From: Nitrospirota bacterium
Lineage (GTDB): Bacteria; Nitrospirota; Nitrospiria; Nitrospirales; Nitrospiraceae
Length of the DNA stretch: 64,000 nucleotides
Direction of reading: 5' to 3'
NCBI GenBank assembly: GCA_963701855.1
Contig: CAVPBK010000009.1
Coordinates: 384,001-448,000, forward strand
Part shown: positions 40,739 through 49,610 of the stretch, in pieces
Layout: each line of letters opens with the position of its first letter
Numbering within the stretch: the first letter of the stretch is position 1
Program-made: the position numbers and the translations under genes
The notes under the pieces: model-generated
What the model was told of the DNA's origin: nothing
The model's input: only the letters and a program-made list of their open reading frames with translations
The model's database searches: none

Positions 40739-40993
40739 CTACTGCGCATAGTTCTCGACGACGACCGGCGGACGAACCTGAGCCATGCCTGGATCCTGAC
40801 CGGCGTCACGCAGGCCTCGGCGCTGCCGCAACAGATCCCAGCATTGATCCAATTCAACTTGGATTTTCGCGAGCTGCTCCCGGTCGGCGCCGGGCGACGC
40901 CCCTCCCGTCCCTTGCGCGTATAGTCGATGCTCTTCTGTCACCAGCTTCTGGATTTGATTCAAGACCGTTTGATCTTCGTCATAATCGCTCAT
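40739..40993 (-). CDS. DUF2630-family small protein
   Basis: LVTEEH.L...LDQCWDLLRQRR...VRP..VVENY.Q. Confidence 0.85.
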   Translation of the reverse strand: MSDYDEDQTVLNQIQKLVTEEHRLYAQGTGGASPGADREQLAKIQVELDQCWDLLRQRRGLRDAGQDPGMAQVRPPVVVENYAQ

Positions 40994-41016
40994 AGATGCC
41001 TCCTTTCTACATCATC

Positions 41017-41700
41017 TTACGATGGTCCGACAGGAATCAATGCGCCGTTGATCGCAGCCGTGTCATCAGACATGAGCCACACGAGCAGCTGCGCGATCGA
41101 CTCCGGTTTTACCCAGGTGGATCGGTCGGCATTGGGCATACTCCCCCGGTTTGCCGGCGTGTCGATCGTTCCAGGAAGAATGCCGTTCACCGTAACCCCG
41201 GCTCCTTCCAACTCCAGCGCCAGGACTCGTATCAACGAGACGAGCGCCGACTTCGCCACGAGATAGGCCGCCGCTCCGGGAAACGGTTCCAGCGCCACAC
41301 GCGCCGCGATATGCACAAGACGGCCCCTCCGCCTGGCCGTCATATGTGGGATCACTGCCCGAGACAACAAAAACGCCAACGTCACATTCAGCGAGAGCAT
41401 CTTCTCCCACTGCGCCGCATCAGTGTCGACGGCCGTTCCCGACACAAACCCTCCCACAAGATTGATCACACCATCGATTCGCCCGGCCTGTTTCACCGTG
41501 TCCGCCACCGCCCGCATCACCTCGGCCTCATTCGTGACATCGGCCGCGAATCCTCCTCGCCGCTCAATGACGTCCTGAGGCAGCACCCGATCCACGATCA
41601 TGATCGTCGCTCCCGCTCCGGAGAGAATCGGCATGACGACAGAACCCAGTCCGCCTCTAGCCCCGGTGAGAAGAATGACTTTTCCATCCAGCCGCATCAT
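41017..41700 (-). CDS. Short-chain dehydrogenase/reductase
   Basis: TGARGGLG, YLVAK and PGTIDT motifs. Confidence 0.92.
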   Translation of the reverse strand: MMRLDGKVILLTGARGGLGSVVMPILSGAGATIMIVDRVLPQDVIERRGGFAADVTNEAEVMRAVADTVKQAGRIDGVINLVGGFVSGTAVDTDAAQWEKMLSLNVTLAFLLSRAVIPHMTARRRGRLVHIAARVALEPFPGAAAYLVAKSALVSLIRVLALELEGAGVTVNGILPGTIDTPANRGSMPNADRSTWVKPESIAQLLVWLMSDDTAAINGALIPVGPS

Positions 41701-41719
41701 CCGCTCTTGCGTTCTTTCT

Positions 41720-42466
41720 TTAGACTTCCAGGTCTTGATTGGTTTCCCATATGAGCACCTCCGCTCCCCTGCCGGCGTCAGCCGTCAGTCGCCGCGCGCC
41801 GGCTGCCACGAGACGGACGGCATCGCCGTGGTGAAGCACATCAGCACCCTCGAGTTCGGCACCCCCCTTGGCAATGAAGAGATGCACATACGGAGCATCG
41901 GGGATCTGCACCGACTCCCCGGGCTTGAGTCGCCCACCCCATAGCACCGCACCTCGCTGTTTGATGGAGATGGCGGCCTCATGGCCGCGCCCTGAAGCGA
42001 TGGGGATCAAGCCGCCCCGGTCCAGCGCTCCGTTAATGTCCAGTTGCTCATAACTCGGATTGATATGTTCCGTATCCGGCGGCACCCACATCTGGATAAA
42101 GTGTACGTCCTTGTCATCCATCGAGTTCATTTCCGAGTGCCGAATCCCGGTACCGGCACTCATGCGCTGGGCCAACCCGGGATAGAGAATGCCGATATTG
42201 CCCTCCGAATCTTTATGCTCAAGTTCGCCGTCGAGCACCCAGGTCACAATTTCCATATCGTGATGAGGATGCGTACGGAACCCCATCTCGGGCTTCACCA
42301 CATCATCATTACTCACCAGAAGCAGTCCATGATGGGTGTTCAGAGGATCATAGTGGTCTGCAAAACTGAAGCTATGATGGGAATCGAGCCAACTGATCTG
42401 TGTGTGAAACCGCTGATAACTGCGGCGAATATCGATGTGGGATTGAATAGCCTCTCGTGTGCTCAT
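41720..42466 (-). CDS. Pirin-family protein
   Basis: HSFSFADHYDP, GFRTHPHHDMEI, HKDSEG and MSAGTGIRHSE motifs. Confidence 0.95.
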   Translation of the reverse strand: MSTREAIQSHIDIRRSYQRFHTQISWLDSHHSFSFADHYDPLNTHHGLLLVSNDDVVKPEMGFRTHPHHDMEIVTWVLDGELEHKDSEGNIGILYPGLAQRMSAGTGIRHSEMNSMDDKDVHFIQMWVPPDTEHINPSYEQLDINGALDRGGLIPIASGRGHEAAISIKQRGAVLWGGRLKPGESVQIPDAPYVHLFIAKGGAELEGADVLHHGDAVRLVAAGARRLTADAGRGAEVLIWETNQDLEV

Positions 42467-42502
42467 GATGTGTTCCTCCCCTGATCACGCCGATCCGAGC
42501 GA

Positions 42503-42544
42503 GGAAGACGATGGGCAGGGAGAACCCCTGCCCATCCTGCTTCC
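42503..42544. terminator. Stem-loop downstream of the catalase-like gene
   Basis: GATGGGCAGGG-AGAAC-CCCTGCCCATC inverted repeat; no clear U-tract. Confidence 0.45.
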
Positions 42545-42551
42545 GGCCTGA

Positions 42552-43559
42552 TTACTGTGTCTTCGCCCGCCGAGATAACGACACGATATACGCCGCCGAA
42601 CGATCGGCAATCATCGGGTCGGCGGCTTCAATGCCTGGAACCAGCGCTCCCGGCATGAAGAGCAACTGCTTCTCTGCGGCCTGACTGTCTTTCACCGCTT
42701 TGGTAATCACAAGGCTGCCCAATTCGATTTTCTTACGGGAATCCGGCCAGGCAATCGTGGGATCGTCGATCTTGTCGTCCGGTTCGGCCACTTGCAGAAG
42801 TACTTTGAACTTGACCGGACCGTGATGAACCCGATCGCGAATCTCCTCGGCCAGATAATCAGGACCCTTCTTCGAGAGCTGCCCGCTGGTGAGAACCTTA
42901 ACTCCAGCCACAGGTTGAAGCTGATAGCGCCCGAAGGTGGCTGTCCCCTTCGCATTCGTGAACTTAAATGAATTCACACCGAAATAGGCCAGGGTCCCAA
43001 AGCTCACAGGGGGCGGCTTCGGGGATTCTACGAAGGCCTTCGTGGCAGGATGAGTGCTCAAGAACGTGTCGAGCGCCGTCGGTTTGGGACTGTCGGGTTT
43101 GCTCGCAGCGATCGCCAGAAATAAGTCTCTCACCTCAGCGCCCGTCGCGACGGGGAATCCATTGAACGAATGGGCCACAATGTCTGTGACCGACTTGTCG
43201 GGGAGATGAAACTTTACTGCCATACCGCGAGGACCTGCCCCCGGTTCGGTGTCCGGAATCGTCGGCACTCCCGGGCCATCGGAGAACCGAACGGTCACGG
43301 GAATTGCGGCCTTTTTCTTTTGAAGATGTGCGGCCTTGCTCACAGCCGCGGCCGAAGCGCTTGGAGTGAACGATCCTTCCAGGACGATGCCCTTCGCATG
43401 CGCAGCGCGGGCTCCAGGATGCACACCGAACACCCCGTTCATGGCGTCCACGGTCTGTTCAGCTTGCGATTTCTCTCCGGCAGGCGTTTCTTGAGCGACT
43501 GCGACTGCGGGAATGGCGAGAGAGAAGACTATCGGCATTGCTGCGAGTGATTTCCACAC
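42552..43559 (-). CDS. Exported catalase-related peroxidase (SrpA-like)
   Basis: Signal peptide; RAAHAKG (distal His), VRFS, RGMAVKF and RSAAY (proximal Tyr). Confidence 0.9.
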   Translation of the reverse strand: MWKSLAAMPIVFSLAIPAVAVAQETPAGEKSQAEQTVDAMNGVFGVHPGARAAHAKGIVLEGSFTPSASAAAVSKAAHLQKKKAAIPVTVRFSDGPGVPTIPDTEPGAGPRGMAVKFHLPDKSVTDIVAHSFNGFPVATGAEVRDLFLAIAASKPDSPKPTALDTFLSTHPATKAFVESPKPPPVSFGTLAYFGVNSFKFTNAKGTATFGRYQLQPVAGVKVLTSGQLSKKGPDYLAEEIRDRVHHGPVKFKVLLQVAEPDDKIDDPTIAWPDSRKKIELGSLVITKAVKDSQAAEKQLLFMPGALVPGIEAADPMIADRSAAYIVSLSRRAKTQ

Positions 43560-43641
43560 GGAGTGCTCCTTTTGTTAAAGTGGCTCCCTTCAAAGAGGGC
43601 AGAGAAACAAGAGACTACGCCTTTGCAGCCCCCCTGGTGTA

Positions 43642-43969
43642 TCAAGCGGAGAATCCGCCGTCAATCGACAGACTCGCACCGGTGATAAAACCGGCCTCAG
43701 GACCGGCGAGATAGGAGACCAAGTCTGCGATCTCGCCTCCCTTGCTATAGCGCTTGAGGGCCATGAAGCTCTTCTGCGTCTCGGCAAATGGTCCGCTCGA
43801 TGGCACGCAGCACTTCACCGGCCTTCGTCTGATCGCCGGCATAGGTAATCGCAACGGCCGCGCCGTCCTGCGCCAATCGTTTCGCAATCGCCGCCCCGAT
43901 CCCACACGATCCACCCGTGACCATGGCAACCTTGCCCGCGAGTTTCTTTGTCGATGTCTCGGTTGTCAT
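43642..43969 (-). pseudogene. Internally deleted SDR oxidoreductase
   Basis: N-terminal VTGGSCGIGAAIAKRLA is joined out of frame to C-terminal GPFAE...ITGASLSIDGG; the catalytic middle is absent. Confidence 0.88.
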
Positions 43970-44191
43970 GGCAGTGCTCCGTTGTTGAAGTCTTCCACTG
44001 TTCGGCACTACCACAGCGACTACGGACTGGCCGTAAGGGGAAATTCTGAACTTGCGAATAGGGCAATTGCAAGCAGGAGGAACAGGATCAACGGTCAGGG
44101 GGGAATTCAGAAGGAGCAAGTGGCCTGCAAAGCTGAGGCCTCATTCGCACGACACACCGTCACGACTCATACTGACTCCAATCTGTCGCTC

Positions 44192-44930
44192 TTAATGGGT
44201 CCAGATCTTTACGGGAGTCGATTCGAAGGGGTACACATGAATCATCCACCCGCCGGCTTGCTGACACTCTGATTCCGTGGCAACCGTCCCCTTGCCCCCA
44301 AGTTGTTTCCGGGTCATGCGGCGTCCACTGCCATCGTGGTGTGAAACAGATATTGATGTGGGCATGCCACTGCGCAACGCTCAAAGGAACACGCTCGTTC
44401 AACTGGTCTTCGCTCATGCCTCTCGGCGCGGTATACATCGCTCCCTCGAGTTCATATCCATCCCCGGCCTTCTTATATAACAGCGCGGTCGGTTCGGCGG
44501 GATCAAAGCGAATCTTTGCCAGGAATCGGCGCTGCTTATTGGCGAAATGATAATGCTTAGGCGTTCGCTCTGGATGAAGGGGAACATATCCGCCGTCCCT
44601 GGCTGCCCAGTAATCTTTGTACTTGGCAAGGGTCTGTCGCAGAGTCTGCACGATCTGACCGGCACGCTTGGCGTCGTCTGCATTCGCCGTTCGCAACTCC
44701 GTCCATCTCATGTGGGGGCCGAGATGTTTTTGATGAGGGGTCATCATGTCGACAGCGCCATCGGCATGATCATGCTGATCCATCGACGCGTCCTATCCCT
44801 GTGCTGACTCTCCCGCCTGAGCCGGGAGCCCACCATCCATAAAAGCGACCACATTCCCTGACAAAGCCAACACACAGCCTAGAACAAATCTAAGACAGCG
44901 CGCTGAATATCGAGCAGTTTAGTCAGTCAT
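44192..44930 (-). pseudogene. Degenerate paralogue of 2566-3339
   Basis: Long near-identical peptide blocks; in-frame TAA (codon 4) and TAG, a +1 frameshift after NICF, and an 8-codon deletion. Confidence 0.92.
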
Positions 44931-44987
44931 CGTGGCACTCATGGTCATAAGAATTACCCTCTCGGCATGGCGCATCGCACCTCCGGT

Positions 44988-45914
44988 TTAATCGCATACC
45001 TTAAACTTGGACTGCTGACAGCGCCGCGTCATCTCCTGCGCCTTCACAATCTGCGCGGCCGTCATCTGTGAGGCCGCAAGGTCCCGATTCTTCTCGGCTT
45101 CCCTTCCATCAACGCCGCCCAACGCCTCAGAAGCGACGCTGTGCCACATGTACGCGCGAGCAAAGTCCTGTGGGACACCCCGCCCCTTGGCATACATCAA
45201 ACCGAGATTGCTCTGTGCATTGGCTTGCCCCTGCTCGGCCGCCCGACGAATCCACTTGAACGCTTCCCGATCGTTCTGCGGTACAACATGCCCCGCGTAA
45301 TACATGACGCCCAGATTGCTTTGTGCATGTGCATGTCCCTGGTCAGCCGCAAGACGGTACCACTTTGCGGCTTCCTGAGCGTTCTGTGGGATGCCCTGTC
45401 CCTTGCTATACATCAAGCCCAAATTGAACTGCGCCGATGCGTAGCCCTGTTCCGCCGCTTTGCGGTACCAATAGACGGCTTCTCAAGCGTCTTGCGGGAC
45501 ACCCTGTCCCTTGGCATACATCACACCCAGATTGAACTGCAGTGAGGCGTCGCCCTGCTTCGCCGCAAGCCGAAACCACTTCTCGGCTTCCTGAGCATTC
45601 TGCGGGACACCCTGCCCATTGAAATACAGCATACCCAGATTGAACTGCGCCGACGCGTGTCCCTGTTCTGCCGCCTTCCGGTACCACTGCACAGCTTCCG
45701 TGTCGAACTGGGGAACGCCCTGTCCCATCTCATACATCACACCCAAACTGAACTGCGCTCTGGCGTTGCCCTGGTCAGCGAGGGGACGCAAGAGCCGCGC
45801 CGCCCTTGTATAATCGCCACGATTGTACGCCGCCTCCGCATCCTCAATGGCATCCGCTGCCGCGACTGTCGCACAGGCCACTACCAAGAAGACTGCAAAG
45901 AGAAAACGTCGCAT
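44988..45914 (-). pseudogene. Sel1-repeat exported protein interrupted by one in-frame TGA
   Basis: AQFNLG.MY..G.GVPQ repeats; both ORF halves share a frame: ...PQDA*EAVYWYRKAAEQG, with the stop at 45483-45485. Confidence 0.88.
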
Positions 45915-46050
45915 CGCTCACCTATCTTTCCACTGAGAGACAAGAATCGATTAAAAGCGCTTCATAGCTAAACGCTGGTTCCTGATAGCTTCAGTCCCGA
46001 GCCGAATGGTGCAATGCGAGCCGGCATACAGCTGGCCTGCACCCTCCTTC

Positions 46051-46584
46051 CTACCGTCGGCTCCCACCTTTGACGCAACGAGGGCGAAATGAGGAACTGA
46101 CTGTCCAGCGGTTTCGCTTCCAGAGTAAGAGCGCAAGCGCGAGGGTCAACGCGGTTCGAGCCGGAAGTGTCGGTTCAAATGTCATTTCAAACCCCTCTTC
46201 GATCCTGCTGTTCTGAACCTCATTGCCTACATTGTCAGAATCGAGCAGGATCGTTGGAACAGGGCTCATCTCGGCTTCGACGTAGCGGAGGCAGACATAG
46301 ATTCGCTTTCCCGAAGGTGGCAGCGCACAGATCATCACGTCACGCACACAGATCTCGTTACCGGTGGGATCGATCGCAAGACCAGGACTGAGCACCACCC
46401 GCTGACTGCTCCCTTCCTTCCCGACAGCCACGGACAAACCTGACACAATCCCATCACCAAAGACGAGCTGATTTCTCAGCCGCTGTTTTTCCAAGAAGTA
46501 GATGTGCTCCGCCGTAAGATCGTCGACGCTCAATATCTTCCCAAAGAAATAGCGAGGCCGAGAAAACACCATTCGACGAACCAT
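46051..46584 (-). CDS. Hypothetical protein resembling phage-tail/contractile-injection-system associated domains
   Basis: RPRYFFGKILSVDDL..E..Y...R..N..V.G.GIVSGLSV...VLSPGLAIDPTGNEI pattern; the family association is from recall. Confidence 0.55.
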   Translation of the reverse strand: MVRRMVFSRPRYFFGKILSVDDLTAEHIYFLEKQRLRNQLVFGDGIVSGLSVAVGKEGSSQRVVLSPGLAIDPTGNEICVRDVMICALPPSGKRIYVCLRYVEAEMSPVPTILLDSDNVGNEVQNSRIEEGFEMTFEPTLPARTALTLALALLLWKRNRWTVSSSFRPRCVKGGSRR

Positions 46585-47188
46585 ACAATACCTTCTTATT
46601 ATGCGAACGGAGAAATAGTGCCAGGCTACTTTGCGGAAAGCAGAGTGTCAACGGATGGATTGGTAACATGCATACATTTCAGAAAGCAGGTAGGATCGGC
46701 TCGAACACGACTCAGACACGGTGGGCGACTGGCGGGGCAGATGCGACAGAAATCGAGAATGCTCTCATCTCTCCTCTCCTTTCAAACTTTTTGATCATCC
46801 TGGTTCAGAATAGGCCAGTCGATAGGTCACGATCAAAGGATACTTGGAATAGTCCCAGTATGCGCGCGTCGGACAAAGTATAAATGCTCCCTCCAAGCTC
46901 GTTCGTTTTCCCCTCTCCTCTAGGGCGAGATAGTTCTTCTTGGGGTGGTGTTGACCTGAGCGCCCAGCCGCTCTTGCAGCGGGGTCTTTACACCGGGTGG
47001 GGTGCGAAGCCGGCTGGGCTGGTCAGCGATAGGACACGCTCTCGTGGCATTCTAGAATTTTCCCATTCTTCTCTGGAATTTCCCTCATTTCCCCTATCCT
47101 CTGTTACATGATTAATTACATCACCTTTCATGTCACAACTTGCTATTATTACTTGCTATTAAATCATTCATATATTCATTTTCCATCA

Positions 47189-47204
47189 CGGCACATTCCC
47201 TGCT
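47189..47204 (+). promoter_or_regulatory. Sigma54 promoter, duplicate of 7481-7496
   Basis: Identical CGGCACATTCCCTGCT. Confidence 0.6.
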
Positions 47205-47222
47205 GACCTCCTCCATATAATA

Positions 47223-47295
47223 ATGGTGACGCACTCCTCCATCCTCTTGATCCAAGACAGCCCCGGCGAATGCAAACTCCTTCGCCAGGCGCTAG
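47223..47295 (+). pseudogene. 5' remnant of a response regulator paralogous to 7513-8070
   Basis: MVTHSSILLIQDSPGECKLLRQAL versus MVAHPSILLIEDSPGECELFRLAL, then runs into repeat sequence. Confidence 0.85.
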
Positions 47296-47301
47296 CCAAT
47301 G

Positions 47302-47505
47302 ACTGCGCGCGTCCCATCGGAAGACCAAGGTTAAGGTCGAGGTTGAGGATCGAAAAAATACCGAGACGGATTGATTGGTGCTCAGCCTGAGCCTCAACCT
47401 GAACCTACTTCTGTAGCTAAGGCCGCGCGTTGCGCGAGCACAGAAGATCATCAGCTTCCCATCCCCTCTTCTGTTCCGAGAGCACAGGAGACCAATTAGG
47501 CTTTC
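47302..47505. repeat. Palindromic repeat copy 3, interrupted by a hexamer-based hairpin
   Basis: ACTGCGCGCGTCC ... GGCCGCGCGTTGCGCGAGCACAG is split by AGGTTAAGGTCGAGGTTGAG / CTCAGCCTGAGCCTCAACCTGAACCT. Confidence 0.75.
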
Positions 47506-47527
47506 CTCACTCATCTAGTGTGCCGCG

Positions 47528-47744
47528 AGCCGGGAATCTGTATAATCCGGCACCGGCATCCCGATGGACAGACCGCACGACTCAACCTTGTGAAAACACT
47601 GACTTCTCGCCCCTAACAGATCCGCTGGCTCATCCTTGCCCTACTGTTTCTCATCAGCGTCATCACCTATGTCGACCGTGTCAATATCTCCGTGACCGCG
47701 CGGCAGATGATGCCGGCCTATGGGATAACCGATCAGGAAATGGG
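47528..47744 (+). pseudogene. Duplicated promoter and 5' end of the MFS gene (direct repeat of 49549-49765)
   Basis: 217-bp colinear copy; codon 9 TCA has become TAA. Confidence 0.9.
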
Positions 47745-47809
47745 ACAGGAAAAGGGGGCAGGCTGAGCTAGCCCAGTATGTTGATCATTAGAGCTAGCGC
47801 CAATGTTGG

Positions 47810-49249
47810 CTAGAACTGATTCCAGAGCAGTTGGTTTGTGACTTCGTGGTGAAAGAGCACTTCCGAAGCCTTCACCCTTGTCCCGAGCTCTTTAGGAGAA
47901 CGATCCGCCACCAACTGTTTGAAGCTCGCATACTTTTTCTTGCTGTCTTCGCCAAGGATCTCGGCAATAAACTTTGACGATTTGAACAGCGCAATCGCAT
48001 CATTGATGTCACTCGGAAGGAATCGCACAGGGCCTGGTGTCGTCTCGTCCTTTTCTAGGCGTTCCCCGTCGAAGCCGGTCCTGAGCATCGTGTATAGCAC
48101 GAGGTAGGGATTGGCATCGGGGGCGACTGAACGCAGCTCGATGCGCGCCGTTTTTTCGTTGGCCATCGGAATGCGGATCATAGAACCGCGATCGATCGCC
48201 GAGACCTTGACCTGGTTCGGCGCTTCAAAATGTGGATCCAGACGCCGATAGGCATTCACTGACGAATTCAGTACGAGACATATCTCGGACGCGTGATTCA
48301 GGAGTTTGAGAATGAAGTCCCAGGCCACATCGGAAAGGCCATCTTTCCCTTTCGCATCGTGGAAAATATTCTTACCGTTCTTGTTCAAGGAAAAATTGGT
48401 GTGCATGCCGGAACCATTGATCCCAACGAATGGCTTTGGAAGGAACGTCGCCGTGTGCCCCATGGATCGAGCCGCTTGGCGACAGATCAGTTTGTACAGC
48501 TGCACATGGTCTGCCGCACGCACTACATCCGCATAGGAAAAGTTCATTTCGAACTGCGAGGGCGCGACCTCTGGATGATCTTTTTCGTTTTTGAAGCCCA
48601 GTGCACGCTGTGCCTCCGCCGACTTATCAATGAACTGGCGAAGCGTGTCCATCGGAAGGGAGTGATAGTACCCGCCCGATGAGATGAGCTTAAACCCGTC
48701 CTCGCCATAGCGTTGCTCGGCGTTCTGCCCATCCACAAGGAAGCCTTCTATTTCGCAGGCCGCATACGCGGTCATACCCTGCTTTTTCTTGAGATTCTCC
48801 GTGTACGATTTCAGCACGCCACGGAAGTCGCTATGATACGGCGAACGATCACCGTTTAAAACGGACGCAAAGAAGATCACCTTCCCTGCCCCAATCACAT
48901 CGGCCGGAAAGTAACGGATGGACGGCCAGTCAACTTCAAGACGCAGGTCCGACTCATGTTGCGGCGTGAACCCACGGATGGACGACCCGTCAAACGTCAG
49001 ATTCCCCAGCGACTCTAGAAGAAACTTCTTGTCGTAATCGAGCATGTGAAGGCGGCCTTCAATATCCGAGAAACACAACGTCACGGCCTTGATATGCTTC
49101 TCTTTTTTCAACCACGCCGTATATTCCCGCTCCAGCTCTTTTGCGCCGGCCTTCTCGGCACGCTGTGCCGCCTTGAGATTCATTTCTTCAAGCTCGTCAT
49201 ACGGGATCTCAAGGAAGGACTTTAGCTCAGCGGATTTAATCTTAGCCAT
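47810..49249 (-). CDS. glnA: Glutamine synthetase, type I-like, atypical
   Basis: FDGSSIRGF, EIEGF, HPEVAPSQFE, PKPFVGINGSGMH, YRRL, FEAP and RIELRS...ANPYL motifs. Confidence 0.88.
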   Translation of the reverse strand: MAKIKSAELKSFLEIPYDELEEMNLKAAQRAEKAGAKELEREYTAWLKKEKHIKAVTLCFSDIEGRLHMLDYDKKFLLESLGNLTFDGSSIRGFTPQHESDLRLEVDWPSIRYFPADVIGAGKVIFFASVLNGDRSPYHSDFRGVLKSYTENLKKKQGMTAYAACEIEGFLVDGQNAEQRYGEDGFKLISSGGYYHSLPMDTLRQFIDKSAEAQRALGFKNEKDHPEVAPSQFEMNFSYADVVRAADHVQLYKLICRQAARSMGHTATFLPKPFVGINGSGMHTNFSLNKNGKNIFHDAKGKDGLSDVAWDFILKLLNHASEICLVLNSSVNAYRRLDPHFEAPNQVKVSAIDRGSMIRIPMANEKTARIELRSVAPDANPYLVLYTMLRTGFDGERLEKDETTPGPVRFLPSDINDAIALFKSSKFIAEILGEDSKKKYASFKQLVADRSPKELGTRVKASEVLFHHEVTNQLLWNQF

Positions 49250-49485
49250 GGTTCCTCTTTAATGCGCTCTTGGCGCGAAAGTATAGCTCTGAATACACAC
49301 GACGCATCCAATAGCACGCCCCTTGGATTCACAATCACCCCTGATCAGAGAACCCCCCAAGGAGCGGCTACCGCGTATGGACTCAGTCTGTCATGTCTCT
49401 TCTGAGCGCGCAAGGGTTTGCGATCACGCGCATCGAGCACACACCGGAAAAACGGAAACAGCCGCTTCGGCTGCAAAGGCCGGAC

Positions 49486-49511
49486 GTGCCCCGTAGCACG
49501 CTACGGGGCAC
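49486..49511. repeat. Perfect 12-bp inverted repeat
   Basis: GTGCCCCGTAGC-AC-GCTACGGGGCAC. Confidence 0.7.
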
Positions 49512-49610
49512 TCGGTGATGAAGAAAATTGCGGGCTGGTAGTGACTCAAGCCGGGAGTCTGTATAATCCGGCACTGACATGCCCATGGACAGACCGCACG
49601 ATTCAACTTT

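Noticed and set aside
45483..45485. Selenocysteine or programmed readthrough at the Sel1 TGA
   Set aside because: The position is not a Cys site in sibling repeats and I saw no convincing SECIS-like hairpin; a point mutation is simpler.
45130..45790. Periodic ~108-bp repeats as a possible CRISPR array
   Set aside because: These are coding Sel1 repeats (36 aa) with codon-level divergence; there are no identical repeats with unique spacers and no cas genes.
46148..46165. GGTTCGAGCC resembling a tRNA T-loop
   Set aside because: It lies within a CDS and no cloverleaf can be built around it.
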